Under the pieces are notes generated by a model, which saw nothing but the letters and a program-made list of their open reading frames with translations, was not told the DNA's origin and did not search any database. The translations under genes and the position numbers were made by a program. This document shows positions 37,237-46,183 of a stretch of 64,000 nt of DNA, one piece after another; the first letter of the stretch is position 1, and the number at the start of each line of letters is the position of its first letter. Source of the stretch: a virus (Duplodnaviria; Heunggongvirae; Uroviricota; Caudoviricetes); the IMG/VR virus record IMGVR_UViG_3300008107_010192, positions 11,507 through 75,506 of that record, one strand, 5' to 3'.

Positions 37237-37869
37237 ATGCAAGACAGAAAAGAATTCCCGTCGTTATTGAAATCGATGGGATTGACCAACAAGGGAGTTG
37301 AGGTTGGATCTTTTAAGGGTGACTTTGCTAAAGAAATTCTTGAGCAGTGGCCAGGAATATTATATTTAGTGGATCCTTGGCGAGAAATGAAGGAAGAGGA
37401 GTATGACGATATTTCAAACATGAAACACCAGGGAAAAGTTTATGAAAAAACTTTTGAAAACCTAACAGGATTTGAAGAGCGAGCATTAATGATGAGAATG
37501 ACATCAGATCAGGCTGCTGAATTATTTCCCGACAGGTCTTTGGATTTTGTTTATATTGACGCAAACCACACTTATGAGCATGTGAAAAATGATATCATGC
37601 TTTGGTATCCCAAAGTTAAAATAGGAGGAATTCTTGCAGGACATGATTTTTTAAAACTAGAATGCTTCAACAAAGAATCTTACGCTAATGGACAAAAGAA
37701 CCACCCGATTTGGATGTGGTTAGATGGGGATTACAATAATAGATTCTATGCTGGAATGTTTGGAGTGAATCCAGCAGTGGAAGAATTTTTGGAATATAAT
37801 GGTTACGATCTTCATGTCACTAATGAGTTCACAGGAACTTGGTGGATAGTCAAAAAAAGCAATCTATGA
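37237..37869 (+). CDS. class I SAM-dependent methyltransferase-like (TylF/MycF-type)
   Basis: VEVGSFKGDFAKEI (motif I region), LYLVDPW, FVYIDANHTYEHVKNDI; paralogous to 31733..32461. Confidence 0.45.
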   Translation: MQDRKEFPSLLKSMGLTNKGVEVGSFKGDFAKEILEQWPGILYLVDPWREMKEEEYDDISNMKHQGKVYEKTFENLTGFEERALMMRMTSDQAAELFPDRSLDFVYIDANHTYEHVKNDIMLWYPKVKIGGILAGHDFLKLECFNKESYANGQKNHPIWMWLDGDYNNRFYAGMFGVNPAVEEFLEYNGYDLHVTNEFTGTWWIVKKSNL

Positions 37870-38807
37870 AAACCGCCTTTCTAAATCTCAGAAATCACAG
37901 GAAGGCTTATCTTATTTGTTCAGTTGGTCAAAGGTATATTGATATGGTTGAAGAACTGGTCCGCCAGTTAGACAAATATTCATCATTTCCTGTTTTTTTA
38001 TACTATTCGGATGGCCAGGTTAATTTTGATTTTCCCAATCTAATAAAACAGAAGTTTGAAATTGATTCCTCGATAAAGTATGAAATCGAAGGAATAAATC
38101 CAGAGAGTGTTAAAACACTAATGCTTACCACAGTTAAACCCAGGGCTTGCAAGCTTTTATTGGAAAACTATGAGGTAGATGAATTTGTCTTTCTTGATTC
38201 CGATGTTTTGGTTACACCTGCTATAGATTCTGTTTTTCTAAACTATGGCGATTCTATTTCTAACTTTCCTATTTTTCTAAGATATTCATGGGACTGGGTA
38301 ACCACCAACGGAAAGCAGCATGTTGCAGATATTATCTTAGAGAGAATTGGAATTTCTAGGGCTCCAACAGTAACCTCACTTTGTACCTGTCTTTTTATTG
38401 CAAACAGAAATTGTAAATCTTTCTTATCTGATTGGGAAAAATATTGTTCAGATCCTGAAATAATTAAGTTTGCTTTAAGTCCGGAGGGATACGGAGGATT
38501 TACCGATGAATCTGTTGCTAACGCAGTCGCTTGGCTTTATAGATGTAATATTTCCATTCCAACTAATCTTTGTTGGGCTTGGAAATATGAACCAGTGAAA
38601 TATGTCTTTGATTTTTATGACGGGATAATTTCAGATCTAGAAAGACACACTTCACAGCCGACCCATTATAAATTGAGTGGAGAAAATGAAGTACCTTTTG
38701 GTCTTTCTGTTATTCCCGAAAGAAAAAATAATTTTTTAGGATTTCATTTCATCAAAGATCTAGAGACAATTAAAAAAGTTGCAGAAGAAATAGAAAAAAG
38801 GTTCTAA
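37866..38807 (+). CDS. GT-A fold glycosyltransferase-like (DxD)
   Basis: CKLLLENYEVDEFVFLDSDVLV fits the nucleotide-diphospho-sugar transferase W/K....YD.v.f.DsD core. Start set to Met10, giving an ATGA overlap with the upstream stop. Confidence 0.4.
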   Translation: MKTAFLNLRNHRKAYLICSVGQRYIDMVEELVRQLDKYSSFPVFLYYSDGQVNFDFPNLIKQKFEIDSSIKYEIEGINPESVKTLMLTTVKPRACKLLLENYEVDEFVFLDSDVLVTPAIDSVFLNYGDSISNFPIFLRYSWDWVTTNGKQHVADIILERIGISRAPTVTSLCTCLFIANRNCKSFLSDWEKYCSDPEIIKFALSPEGYGGFTDESVANAVAWLYRCNISIPTNLCWAWKYEPVKYVFDFYDGIISDLERHTSQPTHYKLSGENEVPFGLSVIPERKNNFLGFHFIKDLETIKKVAEEIEKRF

Positions 38808-38884
38808 TTTCTGAAAATTTTTCTTTTTATCTTCTATAATCTAAAACAAAAGGAATATATAAAAATTCCTAGATCTTTAAACAT

Positions 38885-38959
38885 TGCGGGGTAGAGCAGT
38901 GGTAGCTCGCTGGGCTCATAACCCAGAAGTCGTGGGTTCGAATCCCACCCCCGCTACCA
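38885..38959 (+). tRNA. tRNA-Met, initiator type (anticodon CAT)
   Basis: Cloverleaf TGCGGGG-TA-GAGC..GCTC-G-CTGGG-CTCATAA-CCCAG-AAGTC-GTGGG-TTCGAAT-CCCAC-CCCCGCT-A-CCA: 1x72 mismatch and three G:C pairs in the anticodon stem as in bacterial tRNA-fMet; CCA encoded. Confidence 0.8.
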
Positions 38960-38969
38960 AAAAGAAGTT

Positions 38970-39075
38970 GGTAGCAAACTTGTGTATGATACGTTCCGGC
39001 TTCGATTGATAATCGAAGGTATCAAAAAGGAAGACGTCTCCGAGGTCTAATTCCCGCAAGTCCCTGCTACCTTTT
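38970..39075 (+). other. structured tRNA-like element bounded by a perfect 7-bp inverted repeat (GGTAGCA...TGCTACC), followed by a T-run
   Basis: The 106-nt span begins GGTAGCA and ends TGCTACC-TTTTTT. It contains an internal 8-bp hairpin, CTTCGATT-GATA-AATCGAAG, but no canonical D/T arms. Could be an intron-containing or degenerate tRNA, a small RNA, or an extended terminator. Confidence 0.2.
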
Positions 39076-39113
39076 TTATTGTAACCATTTCGTTATTCAA
39101 TCGTATAATATGC

Positions 39114-39887
39114 ATGAGCAAAAATTTGGTAATTTATTTAAATGTCTTTGATGACATATCAAAGACAGCACAAAGTGTAGAATCGATTAGAAGAGCATGT
39201 CATCGATGGGGTGCTAATTTTTACGAGGTGACAAACGTTCAGTATCCAAATGCACCTTATCCCTTTCTCTGGGAAACCCTTGCAGCTTTTGAAGAGTTCA
39301 ATCACTATGATAAAATTTTAAATTTGGATCATGATATCATCATAAATTCTAATGCTCCAAACATATTTGAGGAATTAACAGATGAATATGATTTTTGTGC
39401 TGTTAGAGACGGGAATCCGGGAGGAAGATTTCCTCATAATGATGGATTTCTAAGAGATTCTATTATAAAAACAATTAGTCACGATCAAAATTGCTTTGAT
39501 CTTTTTCATAGTGTTTTAAAGAATTTTAATTATGAAAAATACTGGCAAAATTATTTTAATTTAGGTGTCTATCTATTTAACCCCAAAAAATACAATCGAT
39601 TGATTAAAGAAATCAAGCAATTGGCTTTTGATGACAAAAGAGTTTATCAAATGCTTATGGGACAGGGATTTCCTTGGCACGCATTACAGAATTTTTTTAA
39701 TGCTTACATATCTTCCTCCGATCTTAAAATTAAATTAATTGACAATACTTGGAATTGGATTATGCCAGATATATCCGAGGAATATCACGATGATTTTTAT
39801 CTGGGAAAAATGAAACCAAACATCTATCATTTCTGTGGAACCCCAACATCAAAGGAGGACCTTCCTTTTTATGACAGATGGAAATAA
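39114..39887 (+). CDS. GT-A fold glycosyltransferase-like (GT8-like DxD)
   Basis: WETLAAFEEFNHYDKILNLDHDIII (W..l......YDkil.lD.D), C-terminal HFCG. Confidence 0.4.
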   Translation: MSKNLVIYLNVFDDISKTAQSVESIRRACHRWGANFYEVTNVQYPNAPYPFLWETLAAFEEFNHYDKILNLDHDIIINSNAPNIFEELTDEYDFCAVRDGNPGGRFPHNDGFLRDSIIKTISHDQNCFDLFHSVLKNFNYEKYWQNYFNLGVYLFNPKKYNRLIKEIKQLAFDDKRVYQMLMGQGFPWHALQNFFNAYISSSDLKIKLIDNTWNWIMPDISEEYHDDFYLGKMKPNIYHFCGTPTSKEDLPFYDRWK

Positions 39888-39902
39888 TTAAAATGAATCG
39901 AT

Positions 39903-40550
39903 ATGGCAAATGGAGTATACAAAATTACAGAAGAATTTGAAAAATCACTCGAAAGCTATACAGGAGCTCCACATGTTGTAACTTTAGACAATCAGAGTAA
40001 CGGACTTTTTCTTTCCCTATATTATGAAAATTACGTTAAAAAGAGCATAGAAAAAGGAAGTATAAAAATTCCAAGTCGAACTTATCCTTCAGTTCCTTGC
40101 GAGATTATTCATGCTGGCCTTAAAGTAGAGTTTGAGCATGTGAAAGGTAAGACGATTAAAGGTGCATACCAACTAAAAGGGAGCAAGGTTTGGGATTCTG
40201 CATTGTGTTTTACCTATAATATGTATAAGAAAAATACCCATATGTGCGTTTCTTTTACTGGACCATTTAAGCATTTTAAGTTGTCTAAAGGTGGAGCAAT
40301 ATTAACAGATGATCATGAAGCATATCTTTGGTTTAAAAGAGCTAGATATAGTGGCAGAAGAGAATGTTCTTATCATGACGATCACTTTGATATGCTGGGA
40401 TGGAATTTTTATATGATGCCAGAATTAGCAGCAAGGGGTTTACTCATGATGGGACAATTTTATGATCCTACAACGGGAAAACCTAAAAACAATCCAGATC
40501 TGGAACTACCATATCCAGATTTATCAAAATTTGATATTTATAAAAAATGA
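39903..40550 (+). CDS. hypothetical protein (weak similarity to DegT/DnrJ N-terminal region)
   Basis: EEFEKSLESYTGAPHVVTLDNQSNGLFLSL resembles the fE..f..y.G..h.v...SGT.AL.lal opening of sugar aminotransferases but is only 215 aa. Confidence 0.2.
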   Translation: MANGVYKITEEFEKSLESYTGAPHVVTLDNQSNGLFLSLYYENYVKKSIEKGSIKIPSRTYPSVPCEIIHAGLKVEFEHVKGKTIKGAYQLKGSKVWDSALCFTYNMYKKNTHMCVSFTGPFKHFKLSKGGAILTDDHEAYLWFKRARYSGRRECSYHDDHFDMLGWNFYMMPELAARGLLMMGQFYDPTTGKPKNNPDLELPYPDLSKFDIYKK

Positions 40551-42730
40551 GTAAAAAATTATCTATAATAATTCCCTCACTAAACAGGGAAAAATTACTT
40601 ATAAGTTCTATCAATAGCATAGTAGAAATTTTTAATTCATTCAACTTTCAAGATTATGATGTACATGCTATAGTAAATGGGTCAAACAAAAATACAACAG
40701 AAAAAATTAGAGAGAATATTTTTTTACATCATCATGAAAAAAAATTGAATCCTGGAATAGCGAGAAATATAGGAATTGAAAAAAGCGACTCTGAGTGGAT
40801 TTGGTTTATTGACGACGACGATGAAATAGTAGGTGAAAACATATCAAAAGTAATAGATTTTTTATACGACAAAAATGGTAATCATGGATTCGATTTAATA
40901 GCTCATTCTTTAAAAAATAAATACATTCCGGAAGATAATAAGAGATCTCTATTGGAAAATGTTTGTTTTTTTAAAGAAAAACAGGAGGCATTCAATTACA
41001 TTTTCAAAAGAGATTTAATAAAAAAGCATAATATATTATTTTCCGACGGATTACACGAGGATATCAGATACGTAACAGAACTGATAATAAATTCCTCCAT
41101 CATTAAAATATTTGATTTTTTCCTGTATAAAAAAATTAACCGGGATGATTCGATAACTAAAAATCTCAATCCATCTAGAATAGATGGATATTTACTAGCA
41201 ATCAGCGAGATTCAATCACTAGATAGCGATGAAATTTCTTCGATGTCTAATGGAATAGTGACACAGTGTCTAGGAACTATCCTATATCTAATAAACAAAT
41301 CCCAAAATAAGTTGGAGCTACTAGAATATCTGGACAGCAAATTCACATTTTATCTAAGATCAAAAATAACCGAAACGTATAGTGAAAAAGATACTAATTT
41401 CAAATACGCTGTTTCTCTTTACATTAATAAGAAAGACAATCTAGTATTTCTTGAAAGATTAAACGAATGCTTTTCTAGCTATCTCTCTTGTAGAGATCTA
41501 AAAAACTCAATATTTCTTGGTCCGAAAGAAATAATAGGATGCTGTAAAAGATTCTTTTATAATGGTAAGATGAAGGGTGACATCGTTTTAATGTCGGAAT
41601 CAATAGATGTTAATTTAGATTCTATACTTAAAAGAAAGGCTGAGGTTGAAGATGGGATAAATTCACAGACATATGAACCTTGTGAGGGGTGCCCTTATAT
41701 AGAAAGATATAGTAGATTAGAAAATAAAAAAATAAACTACATAAGCTTAGAAAATTTCACTTATTGCAACATGCGTTGTACTTATTGTTCTCCTAAATAT
41801 TATGGGGGTAAAGAAGCAGTATACAACACTCATGATATAATTAGTCAATTAATAGATGGTGAATATCTTGACGATAAAGTACACGTTGTTTGGGGAGGGG
41901 GAGAGCCAACATTACAAAGGGAATTTGGGGAAATAACAGAGAAACTAATAAACATAGAAAATGTCTATAAGATAAGAGTTCTTACAAACAGTCTAAGATT
42001 TTCAAACGATCTTTATAACCTAGCATCGAATGATAAAATAAGGATAGTTACTAGTATAGATGCAGGAACTCAAGATGTATTTAAAAATATCAGGGGAAAA
42101 GGAGAAATTTTAACAGTTTTAGAGAACCTAAAAAAATATACAGAGCAAACCAAGGATCCAGAGAATCTAACTTTAAAATACATTCTAACTGAACAAAACT
42201 ATCATTCCAATCAGTTAGAACAATTTGTAAAAACTATAAAAGAATTTGGATTTGAAAACAATTTTGTCCAAATAAGTTGTAATTTTTTATATGATCATCT
42301 GGGTGATGAGATAATATTTTCAATATACGAATTAGCAGCTAGACTATTAAATAATGGATTTAAGTTTGTTTATTTTGATGATTTAATCCGTGACAGATTA
42401 GCTATAAGTGAGGATATTGCGGATAAAGTAATCAATTATTTGTCGGAAAAATACCTCTATCACGATGATATAATTTCTTATAAGAGTAATAAACGGGTAG
42501 TTCTTTGGGGAGATGGATACCAATCTAGATGGATAAAAAACAGCACAACCTTTGGAAAATCTAATAAAATAAGGGGAATCGTTTCCGATATAAATGGATT
42601 TAACAATTTGAATTTAAATGTGGGTTTTACAGTATCCCCTGCCGCAATCCAACAATTACCAGACATATTTAAGGAAATTAAGAAGGAAAAAGATGTCTAT
42701 AATAAATTGAAATTCCACATATTTCTATAA
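40547..42730 (+). CDS. fusion protein: N-terminal GT2 (GT-A) glycosyltransferase + C-terminal radical SAM domain
   Basis: N-term LSIIIPSLNREKLL...GIARNIGIEKS...WIWFIDDDDE (GT2 motifs incl. DxD). C-terminal half has FTYCNMRCTYC (CxxxCxxC) and VVWGGGEPTL (GGE motif). Confidence 0.65.
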   Translation: MSKKLSIIIPSLNREKLLISSINSIVEIFNSFNFQDYDVHAIVNGSNKNTTEKIRENIFLHHHEKKLNPGIARNIGIEKSDSEWIWFIDDDDEIVGENISKVIDFLYDKNGNHGFDLIAHSLKNKYIPEDNKRSLLENVCFFKEKQEAFNYIFKRDLIKKHNILFSDGLHEDIRYVTELIINSSIIKIFDFFLYKKINRDDSITKNLNPSRIDGYLLAISEIQSLDSDEISSMSNGIVTQCLGTILYLINKSQNKLELLEYLDSKFTFYLRSKITETYSEKDTNFKYAVSLYINKKDNLVFLERLNECFSSYLSCRDLKNSIFLGPKEIIGCCKRFFYNGKMKGDIVLMSESIDVNLDSILKRKAEVEDGINSQTYEPCEGCPYIERYSRLENKKINYISLENFTYCNMRCTYCSPKYYGGKEAVYNTHDIISQLIDGEYLDDKVHVVWGGGEPTLQREFGEITEKLINIENVYKIRVLTNSLRFSNDLYNLASNDKIRIVTSIDAGTQDVFKNIRGKGEILTVLENLKKYTEQTKDPENLTLKYILTEQNYHSNQLEQFVKTIKEFGFENNFVQISCNFLYDHLGDEIIFSIYELAARLLNNGFKFVYFDDLIRDRLAISEDIADKVINYLSEKYLYHDDIISYKSNKRVVLWGDGYQSRWIKNSTTFGKSNKIRGIVSDINGFNNLNLNVGFTVSPAAIQQLPDIFKEIKKEKDVYNKLKFHIFL

Positions 42731-42756
42731 TAGAATATTTTTAAAGAGAATTATAA

Positions 42757-43857
42757 ATGAAAAATAAAAAATTAAAAGTTTCTGTCATAGGAGGGGGTAT
42801 AAATTCTGCAGTGGGATACGCACACTATTCTGCTATTAAGCTTTCAAACAAGTTCGAGATAACCTGCGGAAATTTTAGCAGAAATTCAAAGACTAATAGG
42901 GAAAGCGCTGAAATATATGGAGTGAATAAAGTTTATAGCGACTATAGGACTATGCTGTTGGAAGAAAAAAATAATATAGATGCAGTTGTAATATTAACCC
43001 CTACGGATCAGCATTATGATCAGTTAGACCTTGCAATAAGCTTAGGAATCCCTATTGTTTGTGAGAAATGCTTGATCGCTAATAATTTGGAATTAGAAAA
43101 ACTGAAGGAGAAACAATCTAATAATTTCATAGCAGTTGTTTTCAATTATCTCTGTTATCCTATGTTGAAGGAATTAAAAAGCATAATTGATTCGGGTGGA
43201 ATTGGAAAAATTTTACAGATTCAAATCGAGATGCCGCAAGAAGGATTTCTTAGGCACATGAACGGATTACCACTTAAACCACAAAAATGGAGATTAGTGG
43301 ATGGAAGAGTTCCCACCCTTTCTCTTGATCTAGCAACGCACACATATTCTATAGTAAGATTTTTAACATCACAAAATCCTTTAGAGGTTATTGCAGTCGA
43401 AAGTAGTTTTGGAAATTTTCCTGGAATAGTTGATGATATAAATTGCATAATTAAATACACGAATGATATAATTTGTAATATGTGGTATAGTAAAACCGCA
43501 TTAGGGAATAGAAATGGATTAAGGGTTAGAATATTTGGGTCTGATGGAAGTGCAGAATGGTACCAATTAGAACCAGAAGTAATTCACATGTCAGATAAAA
43601 GTGGAAAGATATCTTTGCTAGATAGGGGATCTGAAGGATTATTAACAGCTAATGAATTCAAATATAATAGATTCAAAGTTGGGCATCCTGTAGGATTTAT
43701 TGAATCCCTCGCTAATTTTTATGAGGACGTCTATGATGATTTTAAAAAAAGTCATGATGATCGCGTTACATATGGTCTAGAGCAATCAGAGGAGTGTATT
43801 AAACTGCTAGAGGCAATATCTAAGTCATCCGAAGAAAAATCTTGGCAATCCTTATGA
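42757..43857 (+). CDS. Gfo/Idh/MocA-family NAD(P)-dependent oxidoreductase
   Basis: LKVSVIGGGINSAVGYAH (Rossmann GxGxxG), AVVILTPTDQHYDQLDLAISLGIPIVCEK (V...tP...H......al.aGk.v.cEKP consensus). Confidence 0.6.
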   Translation: MKNKKLKVSVIGGGINSAVGYAHYSAIKLSNKFEITCGNFSRNSKTNRESAEIYGVNKVYSDYRTMLLEEKNNIDAVVILTPTDQHYDQLDLAISLGIPIVCEKCLIANNLELEKLKEKQSNNFIAVVFNYLCYPMLKELKSIIDSGGIGKILQIQIEMPQEGFLRHMNGLPLKPQKWRLVDGRVPTLSLDLATHTYSIVRFLTSQNPLEVIAVESSFGNFPGIVDDINCIIKYTNDIICNMWYSKTALGNRNGLRVRIFGSDGSAEWYQLEPEVIHMSDKSGKISLLDRGSEGLLTANEFKYNRFKVGHPVGFIESLANFYEDVYDDFKKSHDDRVTYGLEQSEECIKLLEAISKSSEEKSWQSL

Positions 43858-45017
43858 AAAAAATTTTACTGCTCGATACTAACGTTTCATCGTTTCCTAT
43901 TTATAATTTTTTGGTTAACGAGGGATATGAAGTTTATGTTGCTGGATCAAAAGAAAATGATTGTCTGGCAAAATGCTCTACTAATTATATTTTTTTAGAC
44001 TATTCCAGAATAGAAGAATTAAACAAAATAATTGAAGATTATAAATTTGATTATATTGTTCCAGGGTGTAACGACATGTCTTATGCTTGTGTTACTAAAA
44101 TAAATAAATCTAGAAAATTTCCTGGATTAGATCCGACTGAAATTTGCGAAACTATTAATAATAAATCGATGTTTAGAGATTTTGCAATTTCGAATGGATT
44201 AAATGTTCCCAAGGTTTATTCTTTAAAAGATGCTTATTGTGTTAATGTTCCACTAATAATAAAACCAGTTGATGCTTATAGCGGGAGAGGGATTTCTATA
44301 GTAAACGAACCAAACAAGATGTTACTAGATTTGGCTGTTGAAAATGCTATAAAATTTTCAAAAGACAAAAAATATGTAATAGAAGAATACAAAACAGGTC
44401 AGCTATACAGTCATTCTGCATTTATAGAAAACAAAAAGATAGTAAAAGATTTTATAGTTGTAGAAAATTGTACTGCCAATCCTTTTACTGTGGATTCTAG
44501 TTATGTTGTACATGATGACTTTCCTGTTAATTTGCTAGAATCAATAAGGAAAGATATAGAGATAATAGCAAAAATTTTAAAATTAGAGGATGGTCTTATT
44601 CATACGCAATTTATAAGGTCTGGAGATTCTTTTTATATAATAGAGGTTACCAGAAGATGTCCGGGGGATTTGTATAGCTTGCTGATTGAAAAATCTACAA
44701 ATTTTAAATATTCACAAAATTATGTTAGACCTTTTATTGGGAAAAAAATAATACAATCCACATCAGAAGAAATTAAAAAATACATTTTTAGACACACTAT
44801 ATCTAGCGATGCAGACCTTTTTTCGATTGGAATTGAATTTAAAAACGAATTGGATATAGATTTATACATTTCTCTTTCTGTTACTGGGGATGAAATGAAA
44901 AAATCACCATTCAGTAGATTTGGTCTGGTCTTCATTAAATGTAACGATCAGAAGGATCTTGAGAATAAATACGGCCTAGCTTTGAGGAGAGAACTATATT
45001 ATTATAAGAGTATATAG
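43842..45017 (+). CDS. ATP-grasp domain enzyme (carboxylate-amine ligase-like)
   Basis: Pre-ATP-grasp N-domain, then LIIKPVDAYSGRGISIV (KP..g..GkG) and EEYKTGQLYSHSAFI; overall ATP-grasp architecture. Confidence 0.55.
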   Translation: MAILMKKILLLDTNVSSFPIYNFLVNEGYEVYVAGSKENDCLAKCSTNYIFLDYSRIEELNKIIEDYKFDYIVPGCNDMSYACVTKINKSRKFPGLDPTEICETINNKSMFRDFAISNGLNVPKVYSLKDAYCVNVPLIIKPVDAYSGRGISIVNEPNKMLLDLAVENAIKFSKDKKYVIEEYKTGQLYSHSAFIENKKIVKDFIVVENCTANPFTVDSSYVVHDDFPVNLLESIRKDIEIIAKILKLEDGLIHTQFIRSGDSFYIIEVTRRCPGDLYSLLIEKSTNFKYSQNYVRPFIGKKIIQSTSEEIKKYIFRHTISSDADLFSIGIEFKNELDIDLYISLSVTGDEMKKSPFSRFGLVFIKCNDQKDLENKYGLALRRELYYYKSI

Positions 45018-45033
45018 AGATATTTTTATAGAA

Positions 45034-45357
45034 ATGATTACAGTAACTGAAAAAGCAGCACAAAGAATTAAATACCTAATAGAAGAAGCAGAAGATTCTA
45101 AGTTTTATCTAAGAGTATCTGTTAAAGGGGGAGGATGTAGCGGACTTTCATATGATTTATCATTTGATGACGAGATGAACGAAAAAGACACTCTTTATGA
45201 AGATAAAGCAGTTAAAATATTAGTGGATAATAAATCCATTCTTTATCTGTTTGGAACTGAACTAGACTTCTCTGACGGACTTAACGGTAAGGGATTTCAG
45301 TTCGTAAATCCTAATGCCTCCCGCACATGTGGATGTGGAGAAAGCTTTGCTGTGTAG
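45034..45357 (+). CDS. A-type Fe-S cluster carrier (IscA/SufA/ErpA, HesB family)
   Basis: ITVTEKAAQRIKYL...YLRVSVKGGGCSGLSYDLSFDD...VDNKSILYLFGTELDFSDGLNGKGFQFVNPNASRTCGCGESF: the HesB signature (GGCSG ... C-G-C-G-E-S-F) is complete. Confidence 0.8.
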   Translation: MITVTEKAAQRIKYLIEEAEDSKFYLRVSVKGGGCSGLSYDLSFDDEMNEKDTLYEDKAVKILVDNKSILYLFGTELDFSDGLNGKGFQFVNPNASRTCGCGESFAV

Positions 45358-45373
45358 CTTGATATATAGCTAC

Positions 45374-46066
45374 ATGATAAAGGGGTTTTCTGAATACATT
45401 AACGAAGCTTATAGCAATCCTAAAAATTATACGGATTTAAAATACGGAAATCCACAAAAGTGGCAAAAAGAAGCCATGGACAGAGGATCTAACCTTTTAA
45501 AATCTGTCAAAGAATCAAATCTTTGGGAAAAATGGACTTCTAGTTTACCTCCCAATCAAGATTCAGAGGAGGTAAAATCCGATTTACAAAATTTAATTCT
45601 CATGGGAAATTCTTTAACCGAGGAGGAAAAAGAGTTTGTAAAGGATTCAGAAAATGATATGCTAGGAATCTTTGAGAAATTTTTAAAGTTAAATGGGGTT
45701 GATTCTATTAAGAAAGAAGATTTGGAATCGGTAACAGATGAATTGGATCCGATCACTTTTATTTTAAAATATCAGTTTAACTATCCTAGACCACTTCAAC
45801 TGGCTCTTGTCCACGACATACCCCTTTATCCAGAGCAGCCAACTAACGCTTGCAGTCCCGCTTATCCTTCCGGACACTCAATAGATGCTTTTGTGATTGC
45901 TGGATTGATTGCTAAAAAATACCCTCAACTTGCCGATGATGTTTCTAAGCTTTCTGAAAGAGTTTCTATGACTAGAAACCTGGGAGGAATACATTTCACG
46001 TTTGATTCATCCTTTGGTAAAGAAATAGCAGAAGATATACTTTCTTTGGATCTTTTATCCCTTTAG
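45374..46066 (+). CDS. PAP2-superfamily phosphatase-like protein
   Basis: KYQFNYPRP (KxxxxxxRP), AYPSGHS (PSGH), SMTRNLGGIHFTFD (SRxxxxxHxxxD): all three PAP2 motifs present. Start set to internal Met to avoid overlapping iscA. Confidence 0.55.
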   Translation: MIKGFSEYINEAYSNPKNYTDLKYGNPQKWQKEAMDRGSNLLKSVKESNLWEKWTSSLPPNQDSEEVKSDLQNLILMGNSLTEEEKEFVKDSENDMLGIFEKFLKLNGVDSIKKEDLESVTDELDPITFILKYQFNYPRPLQLALVHDIPLYPEQPTNACSPAYPSGHSIDAFVIAGLIAKKYPQLADDVSKLSERVSMTRNLGGIHFTFDSSFGKEIAEDILSLDLLSL

Positions 46067-46183
46067 AAAAATAGTTTAACCGATTAAACTTTCCCGTTTG
46101 TTTTATTGAATATATAAATTGGGCTTGATAAAAGGATATCTCATTGATACACTAATCATGCTGGAGAAATTGTATGAATTATT

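Noticed and set aside
36973-37421. ORFs 36973..37242- and 37227..37421- over the tmRNA and the methyltransferase start
   Set aside because: Antisense to the tmRNA and to the well-supported methyltransferase gene; no motifs.
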